From NCBI RefSeq assembly GCF_963921235.1, contig NC_086097.1, positions 154,258,001 through 154,322,000 of the forward strand: a DNA stretch of 64,000 bases, given 5' to 3'. Below are positions 1 to 13,451 of the stretch, one piece after another; the first letter of the stretch is position 1; each line of letters starts with the position of its first letter. The stretch is from Mobula hypostoma (taxonomy: Eukaryota). The position numbers and the translations under genes are program-made. Under the pieces are notes generated by a model. The model made no database searches. It worked only from the letters and a program-made list of their open reading frames with translations, and was not told where the DNA came from.

Positions 1-49
1 ATAAGCCATGAATTGATCTGAATCTGATCTTATTCTTCTCACTTTCCCA

Positions 50-250
50 TCATTCCACCACTCACCTACACATGAGGGGCAATTTATATTGGCCAACTAA
101 CCTACCAAAATGCATTGGGATATGAAATAAAATCAAAGCATTAGAGGAAAGCACAAAGTTACAGGGGAAATGTGCATATTTCACATAAAGAGCAGTAAAA
201 ATCAAGTCTGAATCCAGGTTACTGGAGCAATGAGGTTACAGTTTTCCTAG
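50..250 (-). mobile_element. Degenerate tRNA-derived V-SINE (HE1-like)
   Basis: Reverse complement resembles the V-SINE body (GGGGCAATTT...GGCCAA..AACCTACC, ACAGGGGAAATGTGCA, GAATCCAGG) seen in forward orientation at 8708-8960. Confidence 0.55.
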
Positions 251-1099
251 CCCCTCAGTGAACAAAGTAACACAATACCTTTATGATAGGTTAACTTCAT
301 CCATCCACCTTTGTACGGAGGCTGAAAGAACACATTTCTCTGATTTTTTTGTTGGTCTAATATTCCTCAAAGTGATTTTATATTAATTTCTATCATTGAC
401 ATCTCTTAATCTCAACTTCCTAATTACTTTACACGCCTGGTAGGTGTTCTGAGGAGGTAAGGTTAGTTTGTAATTTCCCACAAACAGATGGATTTGTATC
501 AGATAGGGATAGAAAGACATCAAGAAAATTAAAGCAAAACTCTATTGTAACTAAGTAAAGCCAAGTCACACAGAAGCTGCAACTGGGAAAATATAAAAAC
601 CTTTATTCATACAGCAAACCTCCAAAAGAGAATGAGTCCAGGAGAGTCTAAGAGAATCACTCTCTCCTGGCACAATGTTTTATAATTCTTCAATCCAAAG
701 ATTACTATGAACTACAGTTTCAATTGCTATAATCACCTATATAATTTTAACATTTGGAATTTAGTCAAATGAATTTACAGAATTACATAGTTACAATAGT
801 AGCACATCCCCAACCAGCAGAGCCTCTGAATAATCACCACTGGTGTCTGTTCCAAAAACCGCTGAATATAAACTGCAGACAGTCGTAATAATAACCCTTT
901 TGTTGCACGTATTGGAAGATGGATAGACAACTAACCAGAAGGTCAAGAGACAAAACCCATCTGTCCTGATTTATGTCTTTAGTGGCAGGGATGTACCTTT
1001 AACAATGTTTTAATAGCAGAAACAATGTATTTCTCTGTGCAGTTTCAATGGGATAGAATCAGAATGTCCCCAACCCAATGATTCTTTTCATGAGCACAA

Positions 1100-1393
1100 A
1101 GTATGATCTGGAAGATGAAGATTTGTTAACAGCTTCTTTCCAAATTGTGATAAGACTGCTGAACGGATCCTGACCCGGATCTGGGCCGTACCCTCCAAAT
1201 ATCCGGACCGGCCTCTCGGTTTTTTTGCACTACCTTACTTTCCATTTTTCTATTTTCTATTATGATTTATAATCTAAATTTATAATATTTACTATCGATT
1301 TGTAATCCGGGGAGCAGGAAGCGCAGAATCAAATATCGCTGTGATGATTGTACGTTCTAGTATAAATTGTTTGGCGACAATAAAGTATAAAGT
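1100..1393 (+). mobile_element. 3' end of a young Rex1/Babar-like LINE
   Basis: Encodes an NSFFP-like ORF2 C-terminus followed by VIRLLN. CpG-rich 3' UTR ending in AATAAAGTATAAAGT. Confidence 0.6.
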
Positions 1394-1414
1394 GTCCAGG
1401 TTTTATTTCCTGAA

Positions 1415-1516
1415 CAATGCACACAAAATGCTGGAGGAACTCAGCAGGTCAGGCAGCATCTATGGAAAACAGCAAGTTGTCGACATTTTGGGCCGAAATC
1501 CTTCATCAGGACTCTT
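1415..1516 (-). mobile_element. Penelope-like terminal-repeat fragment with decayed hammerhead motif (1479-1513)
   Basis: Minus strand reads GTC-CTGATGA-AGGATTTCGGCCC-AAAATGTC-GAC. Flanked by a 15-bp direct repeat, 1400-1414 and 1517-1531, with 1 mismatch. Confidence 0.8.
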
Positions 1517-2309
1517 GTTTTAATTCCTGAAGACTGGTTCTTATTTTGGTTAAACCATAATTATGCTATCCACAATGTCATAATTGCAGAATGATCCCTA
1601 GCTAACTCAACTTGTCTCAAATCCACAAACCTTCAGTTTCAATAAAGGAAGGACAGACAGTCAACAATTAACATGGCCTCTCTTTGCATATATTTTAACC
1701 TGGAATATGATCTAAAAACACATAGACTGCCCATATAATTCCCAGCTCATGGATGCATTGGGTATGCTGTGCAATCAAGAACAGAACTTCAAACCACACA
1801 TTCAGCAAAGCCACCTGCAGAACTATTTTCATTCGCAAGGTCTCACATTAGTAACTCAGCCATGATGCAGCCCACATGTGACTTAAATAGAGATCAAGGC
1901 TTCCTCACACACTGGCTCAAACTTCAGAAGTGTTGCTGGCAAATTTTCTCTGGGTTTTGGTACTCATGATAACCACACCATGATTATCAGTTCTGTAAGT
2001 ACAAGGGGCAGGGGTCACCATGAGAGAAGGCATCACATAGTTACTCAAAGTCAAAGTCAAGTTTATTGTTGTATGCACACACACAGGTGCAATGAAAAAC
2101 TTATTTGCAGCAGGTTCACAGGCATGGGGTAGCAGAGACACACATTCACAAGAAAAAGTAAATACACCATTTCTACAAGAAGGAACGCAGAACAAAATAA
2201 ATACTCCATTCTAATGCAAAGCGGTTGTAGTTGCTATTCCGAATTACATTAATAAAATACATTAATTATCGAAGTATGTATGCAGAATACAACACTGAAA
2301 TTTGTCCTC

Positions 2310-2810
2310 CTGCAGCATCCATCATGGGTAAAGCCCTCCCCACCATTGTGCACAGCTACATGAAGCGTTGCTGCAAGAAAGCATCATTCATCATCACCCA
2401 GGTCATGCTCTCCTCTCGCAGCTGCCATCAGGAAGAAGGCACAGGAGCCGCAGGACTCACAGCATTAGGTTCAAGAACAGTTTCTACCCATCAATCATCA
2501 GGCTCTTGAACCAAAGTGGATAACCTCACTCCACTTCACTTGCCACATCACTGAAATGTTCCCACAACCTATGGGCTTGCTATCAAGATCTCTTCATCTC
2601 GTGATATTGATATTTATTCATTATTATTTTTTTCTCTTTGTTGTCTTTTGCACACTAAGTGAAAGCTCAAGTTGGTGCAGCCTTTCACTGATCCTATTAA
2701 GGTTATTATTCTGTTATGGATTTAATGAGTATGCCTGCAAGAAAATGATTCTCAGGTTTGTATATGGTGACATATATGTACTATAATAATAAATTTACTT
2801 TGAAATTTGA
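2310..2810 (+). mobile_element. Rex1-like LINE 3' fragment
   Basis: SIMGKALPTI...KKAS ORF2 C-terminus and a 3' UTR ending AATAAATTTACTTTGAA. Same family as 13450-13945, 30200-30727 and 46900-47780. Confidence 0.7.
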
Positions 2811-5809
2811 GACCACATGAATATTAACCTGACAGCAGAATGTGCCAAGCACACATGTAGGGAATGCAGAGAAAACAGATTAAACTTTTTTAAAAAATCT
2901 TACACAATATTTACAGTGCATTTGCACAAATTAAATATTTCAAAATAGCAGTTGAATACACAAGGGTATCGTTGCATAGGGAGCTGCTGTCAGTGATAAT
3001 GTAGTTGCAATCCGTTAAATCATAAAGCACTGATTGAGTCACAACAATGTCTCTTTTCTAAAGCTAATATCAGTCTCAAAGTGCAAAGGCCTTGACTGAC
3101 GTAGCAGATAATTGCAGCTCCTGGAAACAAGTTAGCATTTAGGAAATGGCAAGCAACATCAAAATCCCAGGGCTAGAAATTTATCCAGGCAGCTCTAAAT
3201 AAAACCTACGAATTTTGCTCATCCCGTTTCTCCCTCAAACAGTATTACTTAAAGGGCCAGCTCTCAAACTGCACTCACTGTCCTCAATGAGATTTCTGAT
3301 CTTTAAAACCTTCATTATACCCACCTTTGCCTGTGATAGTTAACGGCATGATCACTCAGAATTTCCCAGGTTCTGGATCACTCTGGGCTGTTTCTCTTGA
3401 TCTCTGCTACAGGTCAGACTTTTCTGCTTACTCCCGCATTCAGAAGCCAACAGGAGCAGGCAAAATGGACAAAACTTTTATCTGCAATGCAGGCTTCCTG
3501 AAACTGCCAACATTTTGAAACCCATGTCCTTATAGATCCCATCAGGAGTATCTCACTATACTGTAGTCCTTAAGGATTCATGAACCCTGGGGAAAAAACG
3601 TACATCCTCTGAGTACTTTTCTACACCAGTCAGCTCAAGTTCCTCTGTGCCCTTGTGGATTATCATACACTCCTATCCCCTATTTATTCATTGATAATAC
3701 TCCTCTGTGAGTGGAAGGAACTTGCTTGCAAAGTGATAGACACCTTTAAGTGCTGCCTGAAAATATACCTGCTCTGTTGCATTGTAACAATTGCAGGAAC
3801 TTGCATTTAATTAATAGAAGATGGCAATTTGAAACCAACAAGTTAGGCAGGAAAGCACATCCATGTTGTTCCGTGTACCTCACATCTGATGTTCTCACAA
3901 TATTACAATAACCCAAATTTTTGTTATACCAAACTAAGTGTTTGGTACACTATATGTTGTTCACTCCCCTTTTGAAACTTGTGCAATCTGATCTTTTTTC
4001 ACGCATTAGGTGCTTGGCATTTTCTTTGAACGGGTTCAATGGTGCTTTTCTGTTTCCTGGCTGCCTGCAGGAAGACGATCTCAGTATTGTATTCTGTATT
4101 CATACTTTGATAATAAATGTACTTTGAATCTTTGTAAAAGGAAAATGGTGTGGAGCCCTCATAATTACACTCAGTGGGAATGTGTGCAGCTAATTGATTT
4201 CACAAGTTGAATGCCCCAATTTAGAGGCAGCATAGTATTTCTATCTGATCAGTAAATTCCTCTAACATATACAAGAGGCTTGTTCATGTCTATTAGCAAA
4301 ACTGAGGTGGCTTTATATCTTTAATAGGATAGAGGGAATTCAGGGGGGGGGGAGGATTCAATAGCATGGTACTCAACAGCTGTTCCTAGAGTACTTCAAT
4401 TCCCTTATCAAAATGGTGATCGCAAAAATGCAGGCTAAGAAAGAAGCAGGGCCCATCTTTGGCAGTTATTGTCAATGAGGAATAAATTCACAGGGTGCAT
4501 TTATAAGACACTCTTAATGTTGAAGAGTATTCCAAGGAACTTCATCTGGGCATTACCCTCCTTTTTTCACCATTGAGATAGTGATTTCCACTGCTCATTT
4601 GAATGCAAACTTGTTCAAAGTATTTCACGGTCTGTAAAGTGCCATGGGGCAGACTTTCTTTTTCTTAATTACAAATAAGTTGGCACTGAATCAGAGAAGG
4701 AGATACAAGCCTAATTTGATCTTTAAAAAGAAAAGAAAAATAAAGAGTCAGGAAGGCTATTCAAGTGAATTTCAAAAGTTAGACCCTGGCAAATGAAGAT
4801 TATAAATTTTAAAAAGGCCAAACGCTGAGTCATTACATTGCAGAGATACCAATTTCTTGTAAGGTTTAGGGCTCCAGAAAACACACAAAAGAAGAGGGAT
4901 TTCAATAAAATTGAGGAACAATATTAGGTATTGGCAGAAAGGAACCTAATATGGATGACCAGATGGAGGTGACATGGGTTGTTCTATATGGAATTCTCCA
5001 GCTCTAACACATATTATTGACTTTCACCAGCTGGGACATAACCTCTTCTCATTACCACCACTGGGAAGGATGTTGTGCCTTGTAACTGCAAAAGATTAAA
5101 CTAATTCAAATGAACACAAGAGTTAGAAAATGTGGGCGTAACTTTGACTTTAAGAGAGCCATGCATGCATCATGTGGTAGTGTAATGATGTATACAATCA
5201 ATGTATTTTTACATATAAGCCATAATCAAATATTTAAATGAACAAGAATGCTTAATCAAACTATATATATATATTAAATCACTCAAATATTAATGAAATA
5301 TTAAATACACAAGTCCTCCGTGCTTAGCTATAAACTTCAACTCAATAGAATGCACCTTAACTTTATACACCACATACCAGATAATGCAAATACGATATAC
5401 ACACATACACAGCATAGTAAATTTTAAATGGTCCCATTCAGGCTTAAAGATATAATCGCTGTGGAGGATTTTCTTACACTTGTCGGATAATGTCCTTCCT
5501 GACAGGGGAGGGGTGGATATCACTCTGCTTAGAAGGTGAACATGTGGCTGTGAAAACATTCTCAGGTTATGAGGCCTTCTCCGTGGTGGTTGTTGGAGTT
5601 GACTCTCAGACTGCAGGTTCTGACAGCAGTGGCCACCTTCTTTCTTCTTCCTTTTTTTCCTTCTAGTTTGTGCATCTTGATCTCGGGAAGGTGCATTTAG
5701 TTCATTGGAGTATTCTCTTTTTAATCCTTCTATTACTCCATTTATGATTGGGTCTCTCCTCTTGGTTTTTGCATCCACAACATCTGACAAATCGCCTGCT
5801 TTTGTATCT

Positions 5810-6587
5810 TCATTGACTCCTTTCTTTTTCACCATCCCATTCATCCAGCTGGGCTTTGGTCATTGCATCTAATTTTACAGTTCTGAATTGGATATGTGCA
5901 GGCTTCAGTTTGGTATCTTTAAAATGCCGTTCAAACTCATTTTGTGGAACAGCCGAACAAGTGTCTAATTCCATTTTAATTAATTTGCTGTTCATTTTTG
6001 GCGTAAACCATATTGCTTGTCTATTGTTAGTTTTGACACTGTTGATCTTAAGGTTACATAATCCTGTGTCACTCTCATCATTATCAGATTGTTATCAACA
6101 GCATGTGGATTAGTGCTCTTTTTGAAACTGCAACTTGAACTTGTACCTTTTTGTCTTCCCTGTGCAATCCATTTATTTTTGTCTGCCCAACATGCTTTTC
6201 GTATGTGTCCTACTTTGTCGCATTTTCCACAAGTTTTGCCTTTAAATCTGCATTTATTTGGTGCATGTGAGCGCCTGCCACAACTGTGACACAATTTCTT
6301 CAGCCAGGCCAGTTTCTGTTTAGATGCTGCAATTTTATTCATGCTTCAACTCAATTGTGTCTCTGTCCATGGTTTCCATTGAAATAGTGATTTCCACTGC
6401 TCGTTTGAATGTAAGCTTGTGCTTCGGTTAGGAGCCATTTTTGAATGCTCTCTTTTAAGATTCCACAAACTAAAGGATCTCTTCGTGTTTCATTACCAAA
6501 CTGACAATGCTTAGACAATCGCTTCAATTCAGCCACATACGCTGAAATGGACTGCCCTTCCTTTTGATCCCGCTTATGAAACCTCAA
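5810..6587 (-). pseudogene. Frameshifted gag (zinc knuckles) and aspartic protease remnants of the LTR element
   Basis: RFHKRDQKEGQSISAYVAELKRLSKHCQF, CHSCGRRSHAPNKC, CGKCDKVGHIRKAC and IKMELDTCSAV (D-T-G motif altered) lie in three separate ORF fragments. Confidence 0.8.
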
Positions 6588-6607
6588 GTCAACAATGGCT
6601 TTGGTTC

Positions 6608-6688
6608 AAGCAACACACACAAAATGCTGGAGGAAAATTGTGGGCGTTGCTTGGATTTCCAGCATCTGCAGATTTTCTCTTGTATGTG
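6608..6688. mobile_element. 81-bp collapsed inverted PLE terminal-repeat insertion
   Basis: Inverted pLTR end joined to a forward pLTR 3' end. 14-bp TSD, 6594-6607 and 6689-6702, with 1 mismatch. Confidence 0.75.
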
Positions 6689-7060
6689 AATGACTTTGGT
6701 TCCAAGTGTTCCTGTATCACTGTTACAATAGTAGAAAAGCACATTACTGATGTTTAGTTGGAGCAATCAAACTGTATGCCTTTAAACTTAGTGCACGTAG
6801 CCAAATTAGCATTCACTTCTGCTTGGCCATTTCATTTGCTTCAAAATACTGTTCCAATAGCTCAGTATACACAAGCCAATTGCCCATTGTGTAATCAAAT
6901 CAAACTCATCAATCTTTCTTATGTAACCAGCCATTTCTGATGTTTTTTAATGATTATTATAACCCAGTACACTCTCTTTATAAATCCGCGAATTCTTCCA
7001 TTTTGTTAACTTTCTTTATGAATCATTTGTGTCTTCTCTTCCGAAGAATATGTGCTGCAC

Positions 7061-7798
7061 TCATCATCATCAGGTGCCATGCCCAGATTGAGCTTTGACT
7101 GCCATGGCCCACACACTCCTGTTTCGGGTCAAGTGGAACAAATCATTGGTATTCATTTCCAGTTCTCTGGCTGCTGTCTCCATCATCATTTCTCTTTGCC
7201 TTCCTTTTGCTTTCTTCCCTTCAATCTTTCCCATAATTAACATGCATTCTAATTCCTCTTTCCTAATCACATGTTCAATGAAGTTACGTTGCCTTTTCAT
7301 GATCTCATGCATTATTTCTCTTTTTGTGCTTGCTCTGTTCATGACATCCTCATTAGATATTCGTTTCATCCATGACATTCTTTGCATCCTCCTCAAAAAC
7401 CACATCATTGCTGCTTCAATTCGTTTCCTTATGTTACTAGATATTGTCCAACATTCTGATCCATATAACATAACTGGATAAATGTAACATTTCAGTACTC
7501 TAAGGCGGGTTGTCATGTGTAGTTTAATGTTGGTAAGTATATTCTTCATTCTCATAAAAGTGTCTTTTGCCATCCCTATTCTTCTTTTGATGTCCATGTT
7601 GCACCTGCCATCTGATGTCATCCAGCTTCCTAAGTAGAAAAAGTTCTGTTGTTTTAGGTCTTCCCTGTTTAGTTTCAGCCTGCAGATAGGGTCCTCCTTC
7701 TTCTTGGATATCACCATACATTCTGTCTTTTTGCGACTGATAGATAGACCCATTTTTGCACTTTCTTCAACAACTATATCAATTAAGGTTTGTAGTTT
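7061..7798 (-). mobile_element. 5'-truncated RTE-clade LINE with open ORF C-terminus (7070-7753)
   Basis: FYLGSWMTSDGRC..DIKRRIGMAK, YPVMLYGSECWT and GKIEGKKAKGRQR are typical of the RTE C-terminus. (TGA)n tail. TSD TGTGCTGCAC/TGTGCAGCAC at 7051-7060 and 7799-7808. Confidence 0.9.
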
Positions 7799-8707
7799 TG
7801 TGCAGCACTACATTTTGCTTAAAATTTGAGCTATACCTTAATGTCTAAATTATATTTGTAACAGCTGAATTTGTTTTTTGTTGCATGTCATGCCAATAGA
7901 CCACAGTATATACACGTAAATGTATATGTCAAATAAAATTAGTCCTTTATCCTTGATAAATTATTAATAGAGTGTCTCCATGTACTAAACTGTTTTTTTA
8001 AACTCACTGTTCCTCTGTGTTATTTTTAGTTTAAACATCTCTCTGTAGTTTGGTAGACATGTTGGGTTTGTTTTAAAAGTACCTCGTCACCAATGATACG
8101 TTTTGTAACTTCAAAACATTGAATTAGTACATATCAAGTCGGGAACCCATAAATACAGGTGCAACTTTGAATTTACTTTAAGCGAGGTGTGTACTCAACG
8201 TATGGTAGTGTGATGATGTATGCAATTAAGGTATTTTTATATCTAAACCCACAATGAATTATTTAAATGAACAAGAGATCTTAATCAAACAATATACATA
8301 CAAAATTACTCACTTAATGAGATATTAAATGCACAATGGAGGAGGTACAGGAGTCTAACATCCCACACTCAATGTTTTAGGAACAGGCTCTTGCCCTCTA
8401 CCGTCAGCTTTCTGAATCTACCTCACTATTTCTCTTTTGCACTGTTTCTTATCTATTAATAATTTATCAAGGATTAAGGACTAATTTTATTCGACATATA
8501 CATTTACGTGTATATGCTGTTGTCTATTGGCATGACATGCAACAAAAAACAACAACTTAACTGTTATAATTTAGAGGTTAAAGTACGGCTATGGAACAAA
8601 ATGTGGATTAATGCCTAAATACCAGTGTTTATAATGTAAATAACATTATAAAAAATGGTTTCAAGTGTTTTCAGAGCATTGCAGTGACTGAGGTAATAGA
8701 TACGATG

Positions 8708-8960
8708 CCACAGTAGCTTAGTAGTTAGCATGATGCTATTATGACTTGGGGGGATTCCAGAGTTCGGACTTTGGAGTTTGAACCCATGAGCATGTGGGTT
8801 TCTTCCAGATGCTCTGGTTTCCTCCCACAGGGTCAAAAACATACTGTTAGCAGGCTAAGCGGACATTGTAAATTGTCCTGTGATTAGGCTAGTGTTAGAC
8901 AGGTGGGCTGCTGAGTGGTGCAGCTCCATTCCACGCTGTATCTCTAAACAAAATAAAATC
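8708..8960 (+). mobile_element. tRNA-derived V-SINE (HE1-like)
   Basis: A-box-like GTAGCTTAGTAGTTAGC and V-domain GTGGGTTTCTTCCAGATGCTCTGGTTTCCTCCCACA. Ends in an A-rich tail. Confidence 0.7.
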
Positions 8961-10449
8961 AATAAAAAACAAAGGGACGCGTGTGGGGAACTAACTAGAC
9001 TGATTGATCAGGTTAACTGCCTGGGAGAAGAAATTTTTAAGATGGTGTGAAGTTTTTGTTTTAACAGCCCTACAAGAAGGGATTTTTCAGAAAAGGCAGT
9101 TGACATTGAGTAGTATCCACAATGATTTTTCCTGCCCGTTTCTTTGTTATGGACACGTACATGAGCAAGATGGCATCAGTAAACCATGGTAATGTATTGC
9201 AGGCTGTACTTCTCCTCTACAAGATGGTGCCAGTGACCAACATATCTAAATAGCCACATCCTGCACACAGCTCACTAAACTACTTCTTCTTTTAAATATA
9301 CATCTACTACTAATTTACCTGTAATTACCATTTTGATAATGTGCTTTTGTGCTGACTGAGCTATCCGGTGCCTTTGCTATCTCTGAGGGAATTCGGCGTG
9401 GTTGAGAATGGAGTCTGTGGCCTAATGTCGGAGCATGAAACCTTAATTGGCTCCAATTCTTGACCAACTTGCCAATTAAAGCGTCAAGCAAGATTAAAAT
9501 CAACAAGGACGAGAGTGTAAGACGAGTGTGTGTTCAGTGCCGTCTGGACACATTTGAGCACGCTCTCTTTCCCTCTCGCTTGCTGCTTCCGGAGGAAGGT
9601 GCAGGAGTCTTGAGTCTTGGGCAGGGTTTGATCGGCACAGTTTGTGGATCGCACTCATTTTTAGAGGCTCTGCAGTTCATGTTATATGTGATTGTGATTT
9701 CTGGTTACTCCTTTTTATTGCTATTTTAATCGAGGTGAATTCACTCTGCAGCCTTCAGTCAACAAACGGCATAGCACTAAATTGAAATGTACTGAACTAA
9801 ACTGAACATTCCTAGACTATTTCAAGGACTCTACAGGTTTGATGTTTAATATTCAGTGTATTATTCACTCGTTATTTGCTGTTTGCACAATTTGATCTTT
9901 TTTTCACATTGTGTGTTTGATGTTTTCTTTGAACAGGTTCCACGGTGTTTCTTTGTTTTGTGGCTCACTACGGGAAGATGTATCTCAGGGTTGCATACTG
10001 CATACATACTTTGATAATAAATGTACTTTGAACCTTGAATCTTTGAATCTTCTGAAGTGTTTTCACTGCAATCTGGAACCCGCAATTTTCCTTTAAACAA
10101 CATACTTCTGAAGAACTTTTGGCACCTTTAAGTGGACAAAGATACTGTATATTGCCACGGCTGGAAGAGAGGGAGGAGGGAGGACTCCAAGTCAGACTGA
10201 AATGCCAAGGATTGAAAGTTCCTCTACCCAGCATCTTGCTGGCAAATGTACAGTCACTGGAGAACAAGACTGAGTACTAAAGAGCAAGATTGCTGTTTCA
10301 GAATTAAATGAGGAACTACTGTGTACTCTGTTTTGTAGAGATATGGCTCACTCCGGACATGTTGATATGTCTGTAAGACCCAAAGGCTTCTCAATGCACA
10401 GAATGGACTGGACTGCTGATTCAGAAAAGGCTAAAAGTTAGGGTTTTGG

Positions 10450-11403
10450 GATTAAATTGACTTTATTACTTATATCCTTCACATACATGAGTAAAAATCT
10501 TTCCATTACGTTTCCCTCTAAATATGCATGTGCAATTTGTAATAAATATTATGTACAACAGGATAGTTAATATAACACAGAAATACACTCATATCCGTGT
10601 GAATTTATCAGTCTGTTGGCCTGGTGGAAGAAGCTGTTGGTCCTGGTTTTTATGCTGTGGTACAGTTTTCCAGGTGGTAGCAGTTGGACCAGTTTCTGGT
10701 TGGGTGACTTGGGTCCTCAATGATCCTTTGGGCCCTTTTTACACACCTGTCTCTGTAAATGTCCTGAGTTGGGGGAAGTTCACATCTACAGATGCGCTGG
10801 GCTGCCCACACTACTCTCTGCAGTGTCCTGCGATTGTTCCCATACCCAGCAGTGAAGTGGCTAGCCAGGATGCTCTCAATTGTGCCCCTGTAGAAAGTTC
10901 TTAGGGTCTGGGGACCCATACCAACTTCCTTCAACCATCTGAGGTGAAAGAGGCACTGTTGTGCTTTTTTCACAACACAGCCAGTATATACAGACCACGT
11001 GAGATCCTCGGTGATGTGTATGCTGAGAAACTTAAAGCTGTTCACCCTCTCAAGCCCAAATCCATTGACGTCGATAGGAGTTAGCCTGTCTCCATTCCTC
11101 CAGAAGTCCACAACCAGCTCATTTTTTTTGCAACATTAAGGGAGAGGTTGTTTCCTTGACACAACTGTGTCAGCGTGATGACTTCCTCTCTGTAGGCTTC
11201 CTTTTTATTATTTGAAATAAGGTCAAACAATGTAGAATCATCAGTAAATTTAATTAGCAGATTGGAGCTGTGGGTGGCAACAAAGTCATAGGTATACAGG
11301 GAGTGAACGATGGTGCTTAGGACACAGCCCTGAGGGGCACCTGTGTTGAGGGTGAGAGGGGTAGAGGTGAGGGAGCCCACTCTTACCACCTGCTGGCGAT
11401 CCA
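10450..11403 (-). mobile_element. Nested Rex1-like LINE 3' portion (RT to tail)
   Basis: LNTGAPQGCVLS, LIKFTDD, ERVNSFKFLSIHITEDLTW and TFYRGTIESIL. Confidence 0.85.
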
Positions 11404-12264
11404 ATACCGTAATCAATTTTTTGTGGTGCATGAATGCAGTGGTCATGTTGCACTCTTGTTCTCCTGAACTGGAATATCTAATGATTATGTGCTCACTGTT
11501 CTACTTACCAGGAGAGCTCTCCTATGTGACCCTGACTGCAGTTCACATAGCACCAAAAGCTGACATCAATCAGCTACTTAAGATATCGAATGCTGCCATC
11601 ACCAATCAAGAAACTGCTTGCCATAGACGAGGAATTCAGTCAGGCTTGCTTGAAGAAATCTCTGCCCAATTATCATTAACATATCACCTGCAGCACCAGG
11701 GGTCCCAACACACTCGAATATTGCTGCACTACAATTAGGACTGCCTACCGTTCCATACCTATACTGCATTTTGGGAAATCTGATCACTTGGCTATCCTCC
11801 TACCTGCATACAGGCAGAAGTTAGAGAATAAAGCTCCAGAGATTAGGATGACATAGAGGTGGTCATGCGAGACAGGGGAGCAACTACAGGATTGCTTCCA
11901 AACCAATCTGGGAGCCCTTTGTGGACTGGGCCGTGTTCAAGGACTCATCATAGGACCTGAATTAATACACCACAGTTATCACAGTCTTTATAAACACAAT
12001 CATGAATGAATTTGTCCCTAAAAAGGCATTCAGTCTTCACCAGCCAGAAGTCCTGGATAAACGATGAGACCTGCAATCTGCTGAGGGCCAGTTCGATGGC
12101 ATTCAGGTTCAATAACCTAGTAAGATACAAGAGGTCCAGGTAAATTCTGTGCTTAGCTCCCTGCTCTACTCACTTTATACTTATATCTGTAAGGCTAAGC
12201 ACAGCTCCAATGACATATTTAAGTTTACTGATGACATCACTATCATTTACTGAATTAAAGAAAC

Positions 12265-13451
12265 ATAGAATCCAGGCTACTGTGGGAGGCGAGGGAGGAG
12301 ATTGCTGAGCCTCTGGCGATGAACTTTGCATCATCAATGGGGACGGGAGAGGTTCCGGTGGATTGGAGGGTTGCGGATCTTGTTCCATTATTCAAGAAAG
12401 GGAGTAGAGATAGCCCAGGAAATTATAGACTAGTGAGTCTTACTTCAGTGGTTGGTAAGTTGATGGAGAAGATCCTGAGAGGCAGGATTTATGAACATTT
12501 GGAGAGGCGTAACATAATTAGGAATAGTCAGCATGGCTTTGTGAAAGGCAGGTCGTGCATTATGAGTCTGATTGAATCTTTTGAGGATGTGTCTAAACAC
12601 ATTGATGAAGGTAAAGCTGTAAATGTAGTGTGTATGGATTTCAGCAAGGCATTTGATAAGGTACCCCATGCCAGGCTTATTGAGAAAGTAATTTTGGATC
12701 TAGAACTGGCTTGCCCACAGAAGGCAAAGAGTAGTTGTAGACAGGTCATATTCTGCATTGAAGTCGGTCACCAGTGGTGTGTCTCAGGGATCTGTTCTGG
12801 GACCCCAACTCTTCGTGATTTTTATAAATGACCTGGATGAAGAAGTGGAGGGATGGGTTAGTAAATTTGCTGATGACACAAAGGTTGGGGGTGTTCTGGA
12901 CAGTGTGGAGGGCTGTCACAGCGGGACATTGATAGGATGCAAAACTGGGCTGAGAAGTGGCAGATGGAGTTCAAACCAGATAAGTGTGAGGTGGTTCATT
13001 TTGGTACGTCAAATATGATAACAGAAAATAATATTAATGGTAGGATTCTTGGCAGTGTGGAGGATCAGCGGGATCTTGGGGTCTGAGTCCATAGGACGTT
13101 CAAAGCTGCTACACAGGTTGACTCTGTGGTTAAGAAAGCAAATGGTGCATTGGCCTTCATCAGTCATGGGATTGAGTTTTGGAGCTGGAGCTATTTAGGA
13201 CCCTGGTCAGACCCCACTTGGAGTACTGTGCTCAGTTCTGGTTGCCTCACTACAGGAAGGATGTGGAAACCATAGAAAGGGTGCAGAAGAGATTTACAAG
13301 GATGTTAACTGGATTGGGGAGCATGCCTTATGAGAATGAATTCGACCTTTTTTCCTTGGGGCGACGAAGGATGAGGGGTGAACTGATAAGAGGTGTATAA
13401 GATGATGACAGGCATTGATCTTGTGGATAGTCAGAAGCTTTTTCCCAGGGC
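12265..13451 (+). mobile_element. CR1 LINE RT fragment nested in the Rex1-like element
   Basis: VPLFKKGSRDSPGNYRLVSLTSVVGKLME, DFSKAFDKVPH, KFADDTK and LVRPHLEYCAQFW. Frameshifted and internally deleted. Confidence 0.9.

Larger units (their letters stand above)
5071..8335 (-). mobile_element. Internally deleted Gypsy-type LTR retrotransposon
   Basis: Diverged direct repeats of about 240 bp, each TG...CA (5071-5311, 8094-8335). PBS-like TGGTGACGAGG beside the 5' LTR and a PPT-like purine tract beside the 3' LTR, both on the minus strand. Gag remnants with tandem zinc knuckles and a protease remnant. No RT, RNase H or integrase core. Confidence 0.8.

Noticed and set aside
5290..5844. 184-aa ORF as a host gene
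   Set aside because: Lies within the LTR element and runs into its 3' LTR.
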